Below are positions 1-12,079 of a stretch of 64,000 nucleotides of DNA, piece by piece. Source of the DNA: Lytechinus pictus (Eukaryota); contig NC_087251.1 in the NCBI RefSeq assembly GCF_037042905.1, positions 16,928,001-16,992,000 of the forward strand, given 5' to 3'. The notes below the pieces were generated by a model that saw only the letters and a program-made list of their open reading frames with translations, was not told where the DNA came from and made no database searches. A program made the position numbers and the translations under genes. Every line of letters begins with the position of its first letter. Position 1 is the stretch's first letter.

Positions 1-1530
1 GAAATACCTGTGTGGTCAACATTCGAAACGATATTCGAGTTATTCCAGTTGTAGCAGTGGAGTATTGAGCAAAAACATTTGAGGGGTAGAAGAACATGGT
101 GTATTGGGCAAAATTTCGAGGATAAAAGTTGCGATTAAGCGAAAACGTTGACCTTTACAATGATGTCAACCCTTCTCTTTTCGTTTCCTTTCGACTTTCC
201 CCTTCCCTTTTCTTGGTCTTGGAACTTTTTTTATGGGGCAAGTAGTCGTCCCCTTTATGAATAATTGAGTTGTGTGAAAGATGAAATGACATTGAGAGCT
301 TTCAAAGTATGTTCATGATATTTATGGACAGTTTATGACATTTGTCCGCTAAGAGAGTTGCTCTAAAATGCCTGACACTTATTGCAAAAAATAATGATCA
401 AAAGAATTTATGAAACAGTAATTTGTTCCGACTATGTCTGTAGTTCCATAGATTCATTATATCTGAGAAGTACAGGCGATATAAACATAAAATATGATAA
501 ATGTATAATTTAGGTGATTTTTACATATTAAACTTACAGTAAACATCATCTCTTAGTTTAATTGTACCCTTAATAATAAGAGATTTCCCAATCACGATTT
601 CAAACAGGTCTTTTACCATTGAAACTAATAACTAGAACTAAAATTTATCTTTAAATCATATTGATTTTCAATTGTTTGATTATATAAGTACTTAGGCACC
701 AATGTCGACAAAGCAGTCAGGCCAATGGAAGCACTGTAAAAAAAAATGCTTTTTTAAAATAAGAAAAATTGTTGTTTCTATTATCATCCCTACTTTGTAT
801 GGTCTGTTTTTAGTTTATTTTCGTAGAATTGTTAAAACTTCATTATTTGGGTCTTTTAAAGGTTATTTTTTAAACTCAATCACGACCACACTGCATGTTT
901 ATGAACATGAGTTATTCTAATACTGACTCATCTAAACTATATAATGAGCTTATGCTGGATTTCAGATGAATGAGTCTTTGTTCGCATAATATAAAGGGAT
1001 GAATTTACCATTGTGATTTGTAACAATCAGAAATAGTGTTTGTATAATATTTTTTAATTGGGAAGGGGGTGGTGGTGTCAACAATTTTTAATGATAAAAT
1101 AACATAGCATGTACATAACTCTCAGATAGGAATACCGGGGGAAGGAGAATAGTTGAACCATTTTTTTTTCTCATGCTTACTATTGCATACTTTTCAACAT
1201 CTTAGGCGACCAAAAGCTGACAATTACAAGAGGATTGCATTAGCATGATTAGCATAATATAGCAGTAGGGTATATATGTTGATTGTGCTCTAAGTGTTGG
1301 GAAGTTTGATAAGTATTTTCAATAATTTTAATGTCTGAGGCATATAACTATACGATGAACAAAGAACCAAGAAGGGTTTTAAATAAACGAAGTTATTGTC
1401 AAGATAATTCATGAGCAAATCCTGCCGTTTCTGAATTTTACTGCTGTATCGCTAAATTTTCTCGGTGTCATTTTTTGGAATGGATTTCCTTTTTACATTT
1501 ATAAGGTTTTTATTGCACTGAAGCCAATAT

Positions 1531-1806
1531 GGGACGTCGTGGTCTAGTGGTTAAGACTCTCGTCTTTCAATCTGAAGGACGTGGGTTCGATTCCAAGCCA
1601 TGGCGTGTTTTCCTTCAGCAAGAAATTTACCCACATTGTGCTGCACTCAACCCAGGTAAATGGGTACCGGCAGGAAGCAATTCCTCAAAAAGCTGTGCGC
1701 ATCAGAATTGGTAGACTAGCTTAGCCGGGGTAATATAGGAGCGCCTTGATCACCTATCAAGGTGGATACGTGCGCTATACAAATCCTATATTATCTATAT
1801 TATTAT
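1531..1806 (+). mobile_element. tRNA-derived SINE (SINE2; central part resembles the Meta-domain of MetaSINEs)
   Basis: Pol III A box TGGTCTAGTGG (1540-1550) and B box GGTTCGATTCC (1584-1594) in a tRNA-like head. Core TCCTTCAGCAAGAAATTTACC...CCCAGGTAAATGGGTACCGG. 3' end GCGCCTTGA...GCGCTATACAAAT followed by an (ATT)-rich tail. Family assignment is from recalled consensus, not a search. Confidence 0.85.
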
Positions 1807-3208
1807 GTTTATCAAGTATAAATCTCATATTAAAAAAACAAACAAACAAATGCCCTTAACTCATCGTCATTAGGTTACGAAAAGAAAAGATCCTATAAAA
1901 TCACTTCTTCTTACTGGACACTGTGCGGTATTTATTTTTACATTGGTAGAAATCATCGGATATTATGTTGCCATTATTTATGATTTTATACTGAAATCCA
2001 GCCATGAATTCACAGGCGATGACTGCCACTACAAAATTTAGTTTCATTGTTCAAAGAAATAAAAGATAGCAAACAGTGAACGAAGCTGAAAAAGATAAAT
2101 TTAAAATCAATGCCTGCAGGAAGAAAACATATGAATCAAATGATAATGGGACATGCAATGATGTGTATAATTGTTACGACAAACAGAATCAAACTCTGCA
2201 GTTAATTTTGTGGTGTTCATGCAGGTTTTTGCGGTCACCTTGCTTCAAAAGGAGACCGTAATCTCATAAAAAGGTAGTTATTATAATCCACAAATACACT
2301 TATCCATAATTGGCAGTGAATTATCCACGAGGATTACAATGATCATGATGATCTTTCAAATGTCCGTTTTAGTTATCATTGATAATTTCGATTCGATAAA
2401 TGTGCGTCATGTGGTTAAATCTAAAATCAATGTTGAACAGAGCGACCGTCATGACAATTGAACTGGCTTCGCTTATTCTGAGAAAGTAAATACACCCGTA
2501 TTATAATAATGAATGAATAATCATAAAAAACCCAAAGAAACATTTTAATTTTATATTCAATAATTCTTACAGCTCATAAACTTTTCTAATTGTAATTCTC
2601 TCGCGATTGTTATTTTTTTTTACATAAAGAATGATAGTTGAAGATGACAAATCAATGGCATTTTTTCGGCGCGAGTCAGTGTGCGGAGTGTTGACTCAAC
2701 TCGTTATAAACCAAACATTATTTTCTTGGATTTATCAATAGCTTATATCAATCTGCTGGCACATTCACTAATGTTGAATGTTGGATAGGAGGATGTGACC
2801 GGTAGCTGTGAGAAACTGAGATAAGATCATCCCAACTATTTCCCCATTCTAATCTTATGAAGATCTATATCAAGTTAAACAATGAGTGACGTATTTTTGG
2901 CAACACTAAAGTCATCTCCCAAGACGAAAAGTGGATTAGGGAAAATCCTCGTTTTGTATTAAAAAAGAGAGAGAACATGAGATGAAGGAGGAAGTGTTCG
3001 ATTGCAAAATAGAATTCAACTGTCCCCCACGCCGAGGGATGCTTGATAAACTGCAAATATCCTTCGAACCTGCTCATGTGCCATATTTCTTAGAAAGGAC
3101 ACTTCAACTCCTTAATTTTAAATCATCAAGGAAATTTCATGATCTTCTTTTTAGTTTACGATACATGGTTCATATTCAAAATGAACGTAGATAAAAACGC
3201 ATGCACTG

Positions 3209-3460
3209 CAGGCGCGTAGCCAGGGGGGACGGTGCCGCGGTGGGGGCGGTCGCCCCCCAAAACGTTCCCAAAAAGAAAAAAAAAGGGAAAAAGAGAGGAG
3301 AAAAAGAAAAGCGAAGGGAGGAAAGGGAAGAAAGGTAGCTTTGTGGGCTTTTCTTTTTATTCTTTGTTTTTTCTCAAAAGAGAAACTCCTTTACTCTTGC
3401 TCTAAATTCATATATATGAGTTTTGCTTCCGCGCTGCGCGCGGTTAAATGACAATATTGC
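3209..3460 (+). mobile_element. Left arm of a CAG-terminated non-autonomous DNA transposon (hAT-like MITE fragment)
   Basis: Starts CAGGCGCGTAGCCAGGGGGG, then GGGGGCGGTCGCCCCCC and a purine-rich tract, like the complete elements at 43140, 53424 and 56885. No matching right end found, so the end coordinate is approximate. Confidence 0.5.
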
Positions 3461-4223
3461 AGTTCTCCTTGGTATCCCCTCATCCTTTCTCTAACCCTGT
3501 TACTCTAGTTTGAAGAGAGAGGGACAGAAGAATCTGAAAGTGATGACCGGTTGTTATGTCATTTTTTTCTTAATTTCAACGATTAAGCGATAAACTCTCA
3601 CTCTCTCTCTCTCTTCAAAATGCTTCTCTTTTAATTTGTTTTATCGTTTGACAATCATCGGGGATTTTGCCTAACCCACCCCCTCAATGGCGCTGCTCTT
3701 CTAAATGGTGATTTGATTGATTGGTAGTAATGTTGGAGTTTCATGGACATAGCGAGGAGATCGACACGATATCCTGCTAAAGACTAATCAATATTCAAAT
3801 TTAACGAAATTATTTTTTTAAACAAAGTTTTAGAAAGGATTGTGAGGAAGGAAAGAAGAACGAGGAGGAAAACAGAAGGAGAAACCCGGGAAAGACACAT
3901 TTCATATTTGACTTTTTTTTATTAGTCACATGCAGAAAAAATAATAAATTGCCCTTGGTGAGAAAAATGAAATTCTTAAAAATTATGCCAGTTAGTTTAT
4001 AACAAGATAATAATTATGCAAACATATATAAACTAAACTCTTGAGACTGAGTTACTCACAAAAAAAAATAGATCATAAAAATATTTTCTTTTTTATTTTT
4101 AAGCTAGATTATAAACATTTTTGTAATGGAATTAGATTATCCACTAAACATGCTAAAATGAATACCTAATCTAGTTTTGAACTCGTCATTCTTCATGCTT
4201 TTTTATTAAATTTGATTAATCTG

Positions 4224-4328
4224 ATTATTATTATCATTAATATTATTATTATTATTATTATCATCATTATCATTAGTATTATTATTGTTGTTGTTGTTAT
4301 TATCATTATCTTTATTATTTTTATTATT
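4224..4328. repeat. (ATT)n/(ATC)n/(GTT)n compound microsatellite
   Basis: Imperfect trinucleotide run read directly from the sequence. Confidence 0.9.
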
Positions 4329-6042
4329 GCTTGTTAATTCGTAAAGACACTAATAAACCGATTTGAATTGAATGAATCCTTAAATTTCGGGGGCATTCCG
4401 TTTTTCATTTTTTAAATAAATTGACCATAGTGATTCAAAATGATTTTGTGCCTCAACTAAGGTGTTTATTAATAGCATGTCTCTTCCGGTACGTCATCAA
4501 TGTATAATGATCATGATATGAGGTTTGATGAGGACATCGGGAAGGTTATGGAAGACATCATGGTCTGGTGGATCTACAATTCTAGAGAAGGCACACTGGA
4601 GGTTTCCTCTGTGAAAGAGATAGAGCATGCATGGTCGACCCGACTAGTCTCAAGACACGACCCCAAGTTTCCTCTACGTGTAGGTAGAAACAGGATCTCG
4701 GGTAATTAGATCCACTCACAACTAATCTCCGCCCCTCTCCTTCATCCCCTGGATAGCTTCATACGGGTAAAGGTGGGGGTGGCAGAGAGCAGTCACCCAA
4801 AGTGCAAGATATTCACCGTGAAGCCACGCTCATATAAAGACCTGTGAAATTTTAAGTTCGTTTTAATCTCATCCTTGTTTCCTATTTCAATATCCGTCCG
4901 GATTTTAATGATCCCAAGTGGAGATAAAGTGTGAAAAACGAGAAGCGCACGATTAAGTACGATGGGGATTTATACAAAACAATTAAGTGTATAATAGTTT
5001 TATGAAAATTTCGATACAAATAAATAGAAAAGAAAGATAATTATATTACATTATATGTCACATGCATAATATGTAGAAATTGCTTTTGCTAGGCTTTTGA
5101 TTGGCTTTTGCTTGATTCCGTATGCATAAAAATGAGCGAGCAAATGCTTTAGCTAGTAAGTTCAAAGCTATCGCTAACTGACTGCTCTCATTTCCTTGAC
5201 GATTAAGCTATTGCTAAAAAGCGTATTCATAAAGCGAATATTTCGCTTGTGCATTTAACGTTTAAGGCCTGGTCACATCGCCCGAGCGTTGTTGGAGCGG
5301 TCGTGGAGCGGAGAGAAAAAAATCATCACCGCTCGCTACCGTTCACCACCGTTTAACCAAAGTTGGCCTCCGTTAAAGGCAACGCCGAATACGCTCGGCC
5401 ACCGCTGATGGTCCCTCCTACCGCTCCGAAAGTTTTGAGCTGCTCATAATATTGCGAGCGGTGAGGAGCGGGCAATTTTCCGCTCCAGCAAAGTTAACTA
5501 CCGCTCTAACAACGCCCAGTCAAAGTTTGGCACCGCTAGACGAAAGTTCGTGAACGCTTGGGTCCGCTAGGCCAATGCAAAAATCTTCAACGCTGGACAA
5601 CCGCTGCTTCGCCAGCGTTGCCCGGCCGGTGATTAAACGGTTCACAAACTTTGGTGGAGCGGTTGTAAGCGTTTTCCGAGCGGACACGGGATTGCTGGAA
5701 TAGTGCTGGGCGTTAAAGTAGCGATCCATTGCGGTGATGAACCTTGGTTTAGCGTTGGTATGGAGGTGTCGGAGCGGTACCAGAATTTGGCTATAAATAC
5801 GGGGAGAAATGAATAAGGAGCTCATTTGGAATCGAAATGGGCTGATAATCCATGTTTTTTGCATTTTCATGAGAAACGTTTTGATTTCCGTGGATTTCCG
5901 TTTAAATTCTATCATCATAATTTCGCCCGGTGTCTAAGCCTTAAGTCGATACCAAATTCAGCTGCCCGTTTTTGCCCGTTTTTATGTTAGAGCCGATTTT
6001 ACTTGAGACATCACCCCAAAAACCTGTTAAAAAACTGTCATT

Positions 6043-7239
6043 TTTGTCTCGCCTGCATAGCAGAGCGAGACTATAGGCGCCGCTTTTCCGACGGCGACGG
6101 CGACGGCGGCGGCGGCGTCAGCATCAAATCTTAACCTAAGGTTAAGTTTTTGAAATGACATCATAACTTAAAAAGTATATGGACCTAGTTCATGAAACTT
6201 GACCATAAGGATAATCAAGTATTACTGAACATCCTACCTGAGTTTTAGGTCACATGACCAAGGTCAAAGGTCATTTAGGGTCAATGAACTTAGACCATGT
6301 TGGGAGAATTATTTTCAAAATCTTAACCGAAGGTTAAGTTTTTGAAATGACATCATAACTTAGAAAGTATATGGACCTAGTTCATGAAACTTGGGCATAA
6401 GGTTAATCAAGTATTAGTGAACATCCTGCTCGAGTTTCAGGTCACGTGACCAAGGTCAAAGGTCATTTAGGGTCAATGAACTTTGGTCAAGTTGGGGGTA
6501 TTTGTTGAATTACTATCATAACTTTGAAAATTTATGGATCTAGTTCATGAAACTTGGACATAAGGTTAATCAAGTATGAGTGAACATCCTGCCTGAGTTT
6601 CAGGTCACATGACCATGGTCAATGGTCATTTAAGGTCAATGAACTTTGGCCATGTTGGGGGTATTTGTTGAATTACCATCCTAACTCTGAAAGTTTATAG
6701 ATCTAGTTCATAAAACTTGGGATATAAGAGTAATCAAGTATCACTGAACATCCCCTGTGAGTTTCAGGTCACAAACCCAAGGTCAAAGGTCAGTTAAGGT
6801 CAATAAACTTAGGCCATGTTGGGGTAATTGTTGAATTGCCATCATAACTTTGAAAGTTTATGGATAGAGTGAATGAAATGTGGACATGGGTGTAGTTGAC
6901 AAGTCTTAAGTCACCGTTCAAATGTCATTTATGGTCAATGAACGTGGTATTATGCACTCTAAAAAACGAAGTGCTAATTCAGCTCTTAAAGAGCGTGTAT
7001 AGTGACTGCACTTCGGAGTGCTGATTTTTTAGTTCAAATTTGAACGAGAAAATCAGCACTCCGAAGTGCAGTCACTATACACGCTCCTTAAGAGCTAAAT
7101 TAGCACTCCAGTTTTTAGAGTGTGTCATTATATGAATGGTGTTTTTGTGAATGATTATTTTATTGTAGTTTTCAAAGTTAGCACTGCTGCTATATTAAAT
7201 CGCGTAATGCAGGCGAGACTGCCAGAGGCGTTCCACTTG
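6043..7239 (+). mobile_element. Helentron-associated non-autonomous element (HINE / Tsp / pearl-like) with an internal tandem array
   Basis: T-run insertion site; 5' subTIR GTCTCGCCTGCA with adjacent inverted copy GCAGAGCGAGAC; (CGG)n microsatellite; tandem monomers anchored at 6159, 6351, 6514, 6677 and 6840 (spacing 192 then 163 bp); 3' subTIR TGCAGGCGAGAC (7208-7219) plus small hairpin GCCAGAGGC. No TSD. Confidence 0.75.
6955..7122. mobile_element. 168-bp palindromic MITE with CACTCT termini (CMC/EnSpm-like)
   Basis: Near-perfect foldback over its whole length (CACTCTAAAAA...TTTTTAGAGTG). 2-bp TSD TG at 6953-6954 and 7123-7124. Confidence 0.9.
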
Positions 7240-8037
7240 TTATACCGTGCAGTCTTTGCAGCGCACCGTGTGGGGTGTACATTGCCGTTCATTTTTGCAA
7301 TTTTGCACGGCGGGGACGATTCCCCTTCCATTCCATGAAATTCCGGGCATAATGTAAACAAAATGAAGGTTGATAACGCATATAAGGGCTACCCAGCCCT
7401 CTTCCAGATATAAAAGTTACTTGTAGAATAATTTCAGCCCAAAACATTCATCATAGTAAAACATTCGTTGTGTTATAAGCAAGGTTTCCACTTTGGCGAG
7501 TTAACATCGCGAGTTATGGCGAGTTATAGCGAGTTGCCAAAATGAGGCACTCGCGATAACTCGCATAAAGCTCACCATGAAACTCGGGATAACTCGCGAC
7601 AACTCGGCATGGCTCGGCGGAGCTCGTTCAAGCTCGGGACAACTCTCCTTGAAGTCGTGAGCAGTTTCAAAATTTTTGAACATGTTCAAAAATTTTGCTA
7701 ACTCGCTGTAACTCGTGCTGAACTCACCTAAACTCGTTATATACTCTCAGTACTCGCAATAACTCGTAAGAAGCTCGAGATAAACTCGCAATAACTCGTA
7801 ATAACTCGCCACATCTGAGTATACGCGAGTGCGTTCCGAGTTTTCAAGAGCGAGATACGAGCATTGCGATCGTTTTACGAGTCAAGTGGAGGTGCCCACG
7901 AGATTAGCGTGACTTTAGATCGAGCACCCCGAGTTACAGCGAGTTTCGTATGAGTTTATTCCGAGTGCGTTGCAAGTGCTCAGAGGCATGCCAGCTGAAT
8001 GATAAATGTCCAGTGATCTATATTTTCCCCACAAATA

Positions 8038-9144
8038 AACCCCTCAAAAAAAGTTTGGAAATCTGAGTTTGGCCATTAATTTCTCCCAATTCCAAAATTT
8101 ACACATTGCATTGTGACATCATTTAAAAGGTCATTCAATTTTCTTTAAAATGCTACAATGCTTGTTATGATCATGCCATCACGAAAGAGCAGGATTCAAA
8201 AGTGCTGGATGAAGTCTGAATTGAAAAGCTGCAAAACGAGCAAAAAAGTTTGGAAATCTGAGTTTAGCCATTACTTTCTCCCGACTCCAAATTTTACACA
8301 ATGCATATTTGATATCTTTCAAAAGATCATTTGATTCTCTTTAAAATGATCACATGCTTGTTATGATCATGCCATCAAAAAAGAGCAAAATTGAAAAGTG
8401 TTGGATGAAGTCTGAAGTGAAAAGCTGCAAAACGAGCAGAAATAATCATGAAGGGTATACAGAACATGATTGTTTTGTCTGAGTCAATAAAGATGAAAAT
8501 CCATTCAAATCAAAACCCTGCTTTTTCATTTTATAATGTTTTGTTGTGGTTTATGTTTGTTTGTTGTGTGTTTGCTTGTGGAGAGGTCTGTATGATTCCA
8601 TTTGAATGTTGATGTTAAGGTGCATGAAAACAATTGCTGAGAATCTCACTCATCATCATGGAAGAAAAAAAAAACAGTGACTTTCAATATTGTGTCATTT
8701 TGCAACTTTTGAATTTTGATCTTGCCCCACATTTCAAGGCACTGCACCTCCATGTGAGCCAAAATCATATCATGGAAAGTATCATTTTAAAGAAAATAAA
8801 ATGATCTATTCATTGATATTAATTTAACATTGATATTTACTAAAACCGAGGCGGGATTATCGATCAAACTTAAAAGAAACCGCTTAAAAAACTCTTTCAT
8901 CACCACGGAAAAAGGAACAGTGACTTTCAATATTGTGTCACTTTGCAACTTAATTGTGAATTTTGACCTTGCCCCACATTTCACGGCACTGCACCTCCAT
9001 GTGAACCATAATCATATCATATAGGGTATCATTTTAAAGAAAGTTAAATGATCTATTCATTGATATTAATAACCATTGATATTTACTAAAACCGAGGAGG
9101 GAGTTTTGATTAAAGTCGGATTTCCAAACTTTTTTTGAGGAGTT
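8038..9144. mobile_element. Non-autonomous Tc1/mariner-like element nested in B
   Basis: TIR AACCCCTCAAAAAAAGTTTGGAAATCTGAGTTT vs AAAGTCGGATTTCCAAACTTTTTTTGAGGAGTT, flanked by TA (8036-8037 and 9145-9146). Each half has an internal tandem duplication (~8045/8243 and ~8670/8910). Confidence 0.75.
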
Positions 9145-9426
9145 TATTTTAAAGTGAGAGCACATTTTAACTGACCCACGCAATGTACACGTACTTTTAA
9201 AAAGGCTGTTGCCACTGCATTATTACAACTTTCAAGAAATAAGGAGAGAAATATGCCTCGATCCAAAAGATCCAAGAGTTGTGGCCATTCAGGTAGGGAA
9301 ACAGCGAAAGAAGATGACATTCAAACAAGGGTAGAAGAAGTGCAGGAAGAGACAATTGAAACGGAAGAGGAGGTCAATGACGAGCAGAGCCAAGGTAAAA
9401 GAACAAGACATCAAACTAGACAAGGT

Positions 9427-10551
9427 CCAAGTGGAGTGCCTCTGGCAGTCTAACCTGCATCACGCTATCCAATATAGTAGCAGTGCTGACTTTGAAAACT
9501 ACTATAAAATAATTATTCACAAAAACACCATTCATACAATGATACAATACTACGTTCATTGACAATAAATGACATTTGACCTTGATCATGTGACCTAAGA
9601 CTTGTCAGTGATACTTGATTACCCCTATATCCACATTTTATAAACTGTATCTAAACTTTGAAAGTTATGACAGCAATAAAGTATTAATCTCCAAAATGGC
9701 CAAAGTTCAATAACCTTGAATGACCTTTGACTTTGGTCATGTGATCTGAAACTGGCATGAGATTTTCGGTGTTACTTGACTACTCTAATATCAAAGTTGA
9801 TGAATCATATCCATAAGCTTTCAAAGTTATGATGGTAATTCAACAAAACCCCCAACATGGCCAAAGTTCATTGACCTTAAATGACCTTTTACCTTCGTCA
9901 TGTGACCTGAAACTCGCACAGGATGTTCAGTAATATTTGATTACTCTTACATCCAAGTTTCATGAATCAGATCTATAAACTTTCAAAGTTATGATGGTAA
10001 TTCAACAGATCACCCGAACATCACTAAAGTTCATTGACCTTTGACATTGGACATGTGACCTGAAAATCGCACAGGATGTTTAGTGATACCTGATTACTAT
10101 TATGTTAAAGTTTCATTAATCAGATTCATAAACTTTCAAAGTTATAATGTTAATTTAACAAATACCCCAATCGGCCAAAGTCCATTGACCATAATTGACC
10201 TTTGACCTTAGTCATGTGACTTGAAACTCAAGCAGGATGTTTATATACTTTAATAACCTTATGTCCACGTTTCATGAACTAGGTTCATATATTTTCTAAG
10301 TTATGATGACATTTCAAAAACATAACCGTAGGTTAAGATTTTGATGTTGATTCCCTAAACATGGTCTAAGTTCATTGACCATAAATTACCTCTGACCTTA
10401 GTCTTGTGACCTGAAACTCAAGAAAGATGTTTAGTAATGCTTGATAAACCTTATGGTCAAGCTTCATGAACTAGGTCCATATACTTTCTAAGTTATGATG
10501 CCATTTAAAAAACTTAACCTTCGGTTAAGATTTGGTGTTGACGCCGCCGCC
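9427..10551 (-). mobile_element. Second copy of the Helentron-associated satellite-bearing element, 5'-truncated
   Basis: CAAGTGGAGTGCCTCTGGCAGTCTAACCTGCA is the reverse complement of the 3' end of the 6043 copy. About six ~160-bp monomers with TGACCTTTGAC motifs. Ends at the (GCC)n microsatellite; the 5' subTIR is missing. Confidence 0.75.
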
Positions 10552-11864
10552 GGCATCCATCTTTGAGTGCCAAAAATGTGCATATCCCGCCCCTTGGTCG
10601 TATGAAACTCTTATCACTCGTAACAAAATCTTTATAACTCGTTCATAGCTCGCTTTAAGTCGTATAAAGGTCACCGCAACTCGTACTAAGCTCGGCCTGA
10701 CTCGTTTCGCGCTCGGTTCACTCGTACAGCGAGCGTAGTGAACTCGATGTTAAGTCTTTTGTCACTGAAGCAAATTCCAGGAAAAAATGTAAATTTCGCG
10801 CGAGCTTGTGCGAGCTAAGGCGAGTTAGAGCTCGCGCAGCTCGCGTATGACTCGCAACTCCAACTCGCAAAAGTGGAAACCTTGCTATATACTCTGCGTT
10901 TTAACCAAGTCTACACAGCTTGATAAAGCGCGGTTAATATTTTTCAGATCTTAAAGTATTTTTTTAATCTAATGATCATTTTGATGCCATAAAATTATTT
11001 TCAGGATCTCATACACACTTTTTAGGCATGTGAGAAGCATAAACCAACGTTCACTATGATCAATCTTAAAGTAACACATAACGCAAAGTTGATATACTTC
11101 ACATTGTTTAGCGTAATTTGTCTTTTCACAGATAGGTTTCAAGCAGCCAATCAAAATTTGGTATCATAGTGACGTCCTATGGGCTTTTAATTATGTTCAG
11201 TCGATTCTACGCCAAAAATTACCCTTAATCTACATGTTAAAGTAAAAATATAACACGGAAAATAATTTTGGCGCACTTTCAACTCATTCCAGCTGGCCCA
11301 CTGTTCGACGCCCGCATGCGCAGAACTCTGCCTTATCAACGCTCGAGTCACCGCTAAACCAACGCTAAAGCTACGCTGGCTTCAGCGATGCACCGCTACG
11401 GCAACGCCCATGTTTTCGATTTTTTCCCAATTTTGTGAGCGGTGACAACATGACGAGCGTTGTCGAAATTCGACCCTCTCTCCCTACCGCTCCACGACCG
11501 CTCCAACAACACTCGGGCGGTGTGACCAGGCCTTTACTTGCTAGGGTTTTTTCAAGCTCCGTCAGAGCAGCTTGAGCGTTTGCTTGATCTGGGCCCCGTC
11601 TTACATGATCCAATCAATCGTAACTCTAAGGAAATCCATTTTGCACAGGAAATGTGCAAAAATGTCTTTTGTAAACAAAGGAGAACACACCGAACTGTCA
11701 AGGAAAACAATGAATTTATGGATATACATTCATATCTAGAAAAAATTTGGGCAAACATGCATTTTATAATTATGATGACTTTGCTGGCTTTCCATAGACG
11801 GCCCCCCAGGGAGTTTTTTTAATGATATTTATGCACCTGAGAGAGAACCCCAATGTGTACCGTA

Positions 11865-12079
11865 CACTCTAAAAAAGGTTTACCCAATATTGGGTTAAAT
11901 GGGAACATGAATGTTGGTTGGGTAAAAAAATAAACAAATTTTTTGTAAATTATACGCGTTGAAATTTACCCTTAAAACATGCATTTTTCCCAATACGGGG
12001 TAAAACGAATACCCAGCAAACACGCATGTTCCCTTTCTACCCAATATTGGGTAAAATTTTACTCAGTGTTTTTAGAGTG
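11865..12079. mobile_element. MITE with CACTCT termini (CMC/EnSpm-like)
   Basis: CACTCTAAAAA...TTTTTAGAGTG termini, internal inverted ACCCAATATTGGGT motifs, 2-bp TSD TA (11863-11864 and 12080-12081). Confidence 0.85.

Larger units (their letters stand above)
7478..10886. mobile_element. Non-autonomous Harbinger-like DNA transposon (B) nested in A
   Basis: TIR AGCAAGGTTTCCACTTTGGCGAGTT vs AACTCGCAAAAGTGGAAACCTTGCT. 3-bp TSD ATA (7475-7477 and 10887-10889). Dense AACTCG/CGAGTT subterminal repeats at both ends. Confidence 0.85.
5265..11533. mobile_element. Non-autonomous PIF/Harbinger-type DNA transposon (A), expanded by nested insertions
   Basis: TIR of ~47 bp: AGGCCTGGTCACATCGCCCGAGCGTTGTTGGAGCGGTCGTGGAGCGG vs CCGCTCCACGACCGCTCCAACAACACTCGGGCGGTGTGACCAGGCCT. 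3-bp TSD TTA (5262-5264 and 11534-11536). CCGCT/AGCGG subterminal repeats. No transposase ORF. Confidence 0.85.

Noticed and set aside
1531..1605. tRNA gene
   Set aside because: A and B boxes are present but the acceptor stem does not close properly, and the sequence continues into a SINE body and tail.
5520..5918. 132-aa minus-strand ORF as a transposase fragment
   Set aside because: It lies in the repetitive GC-rich subterminal part of Harbinger A and shows no DDE or other recognisable motif.
6126..6900. CRISPR-like or novel repeat-spacer array
   Set aside because: Units are full-length 163-bp tandem monomers without unique spacers, in a eukaryotic context with no cas genes.
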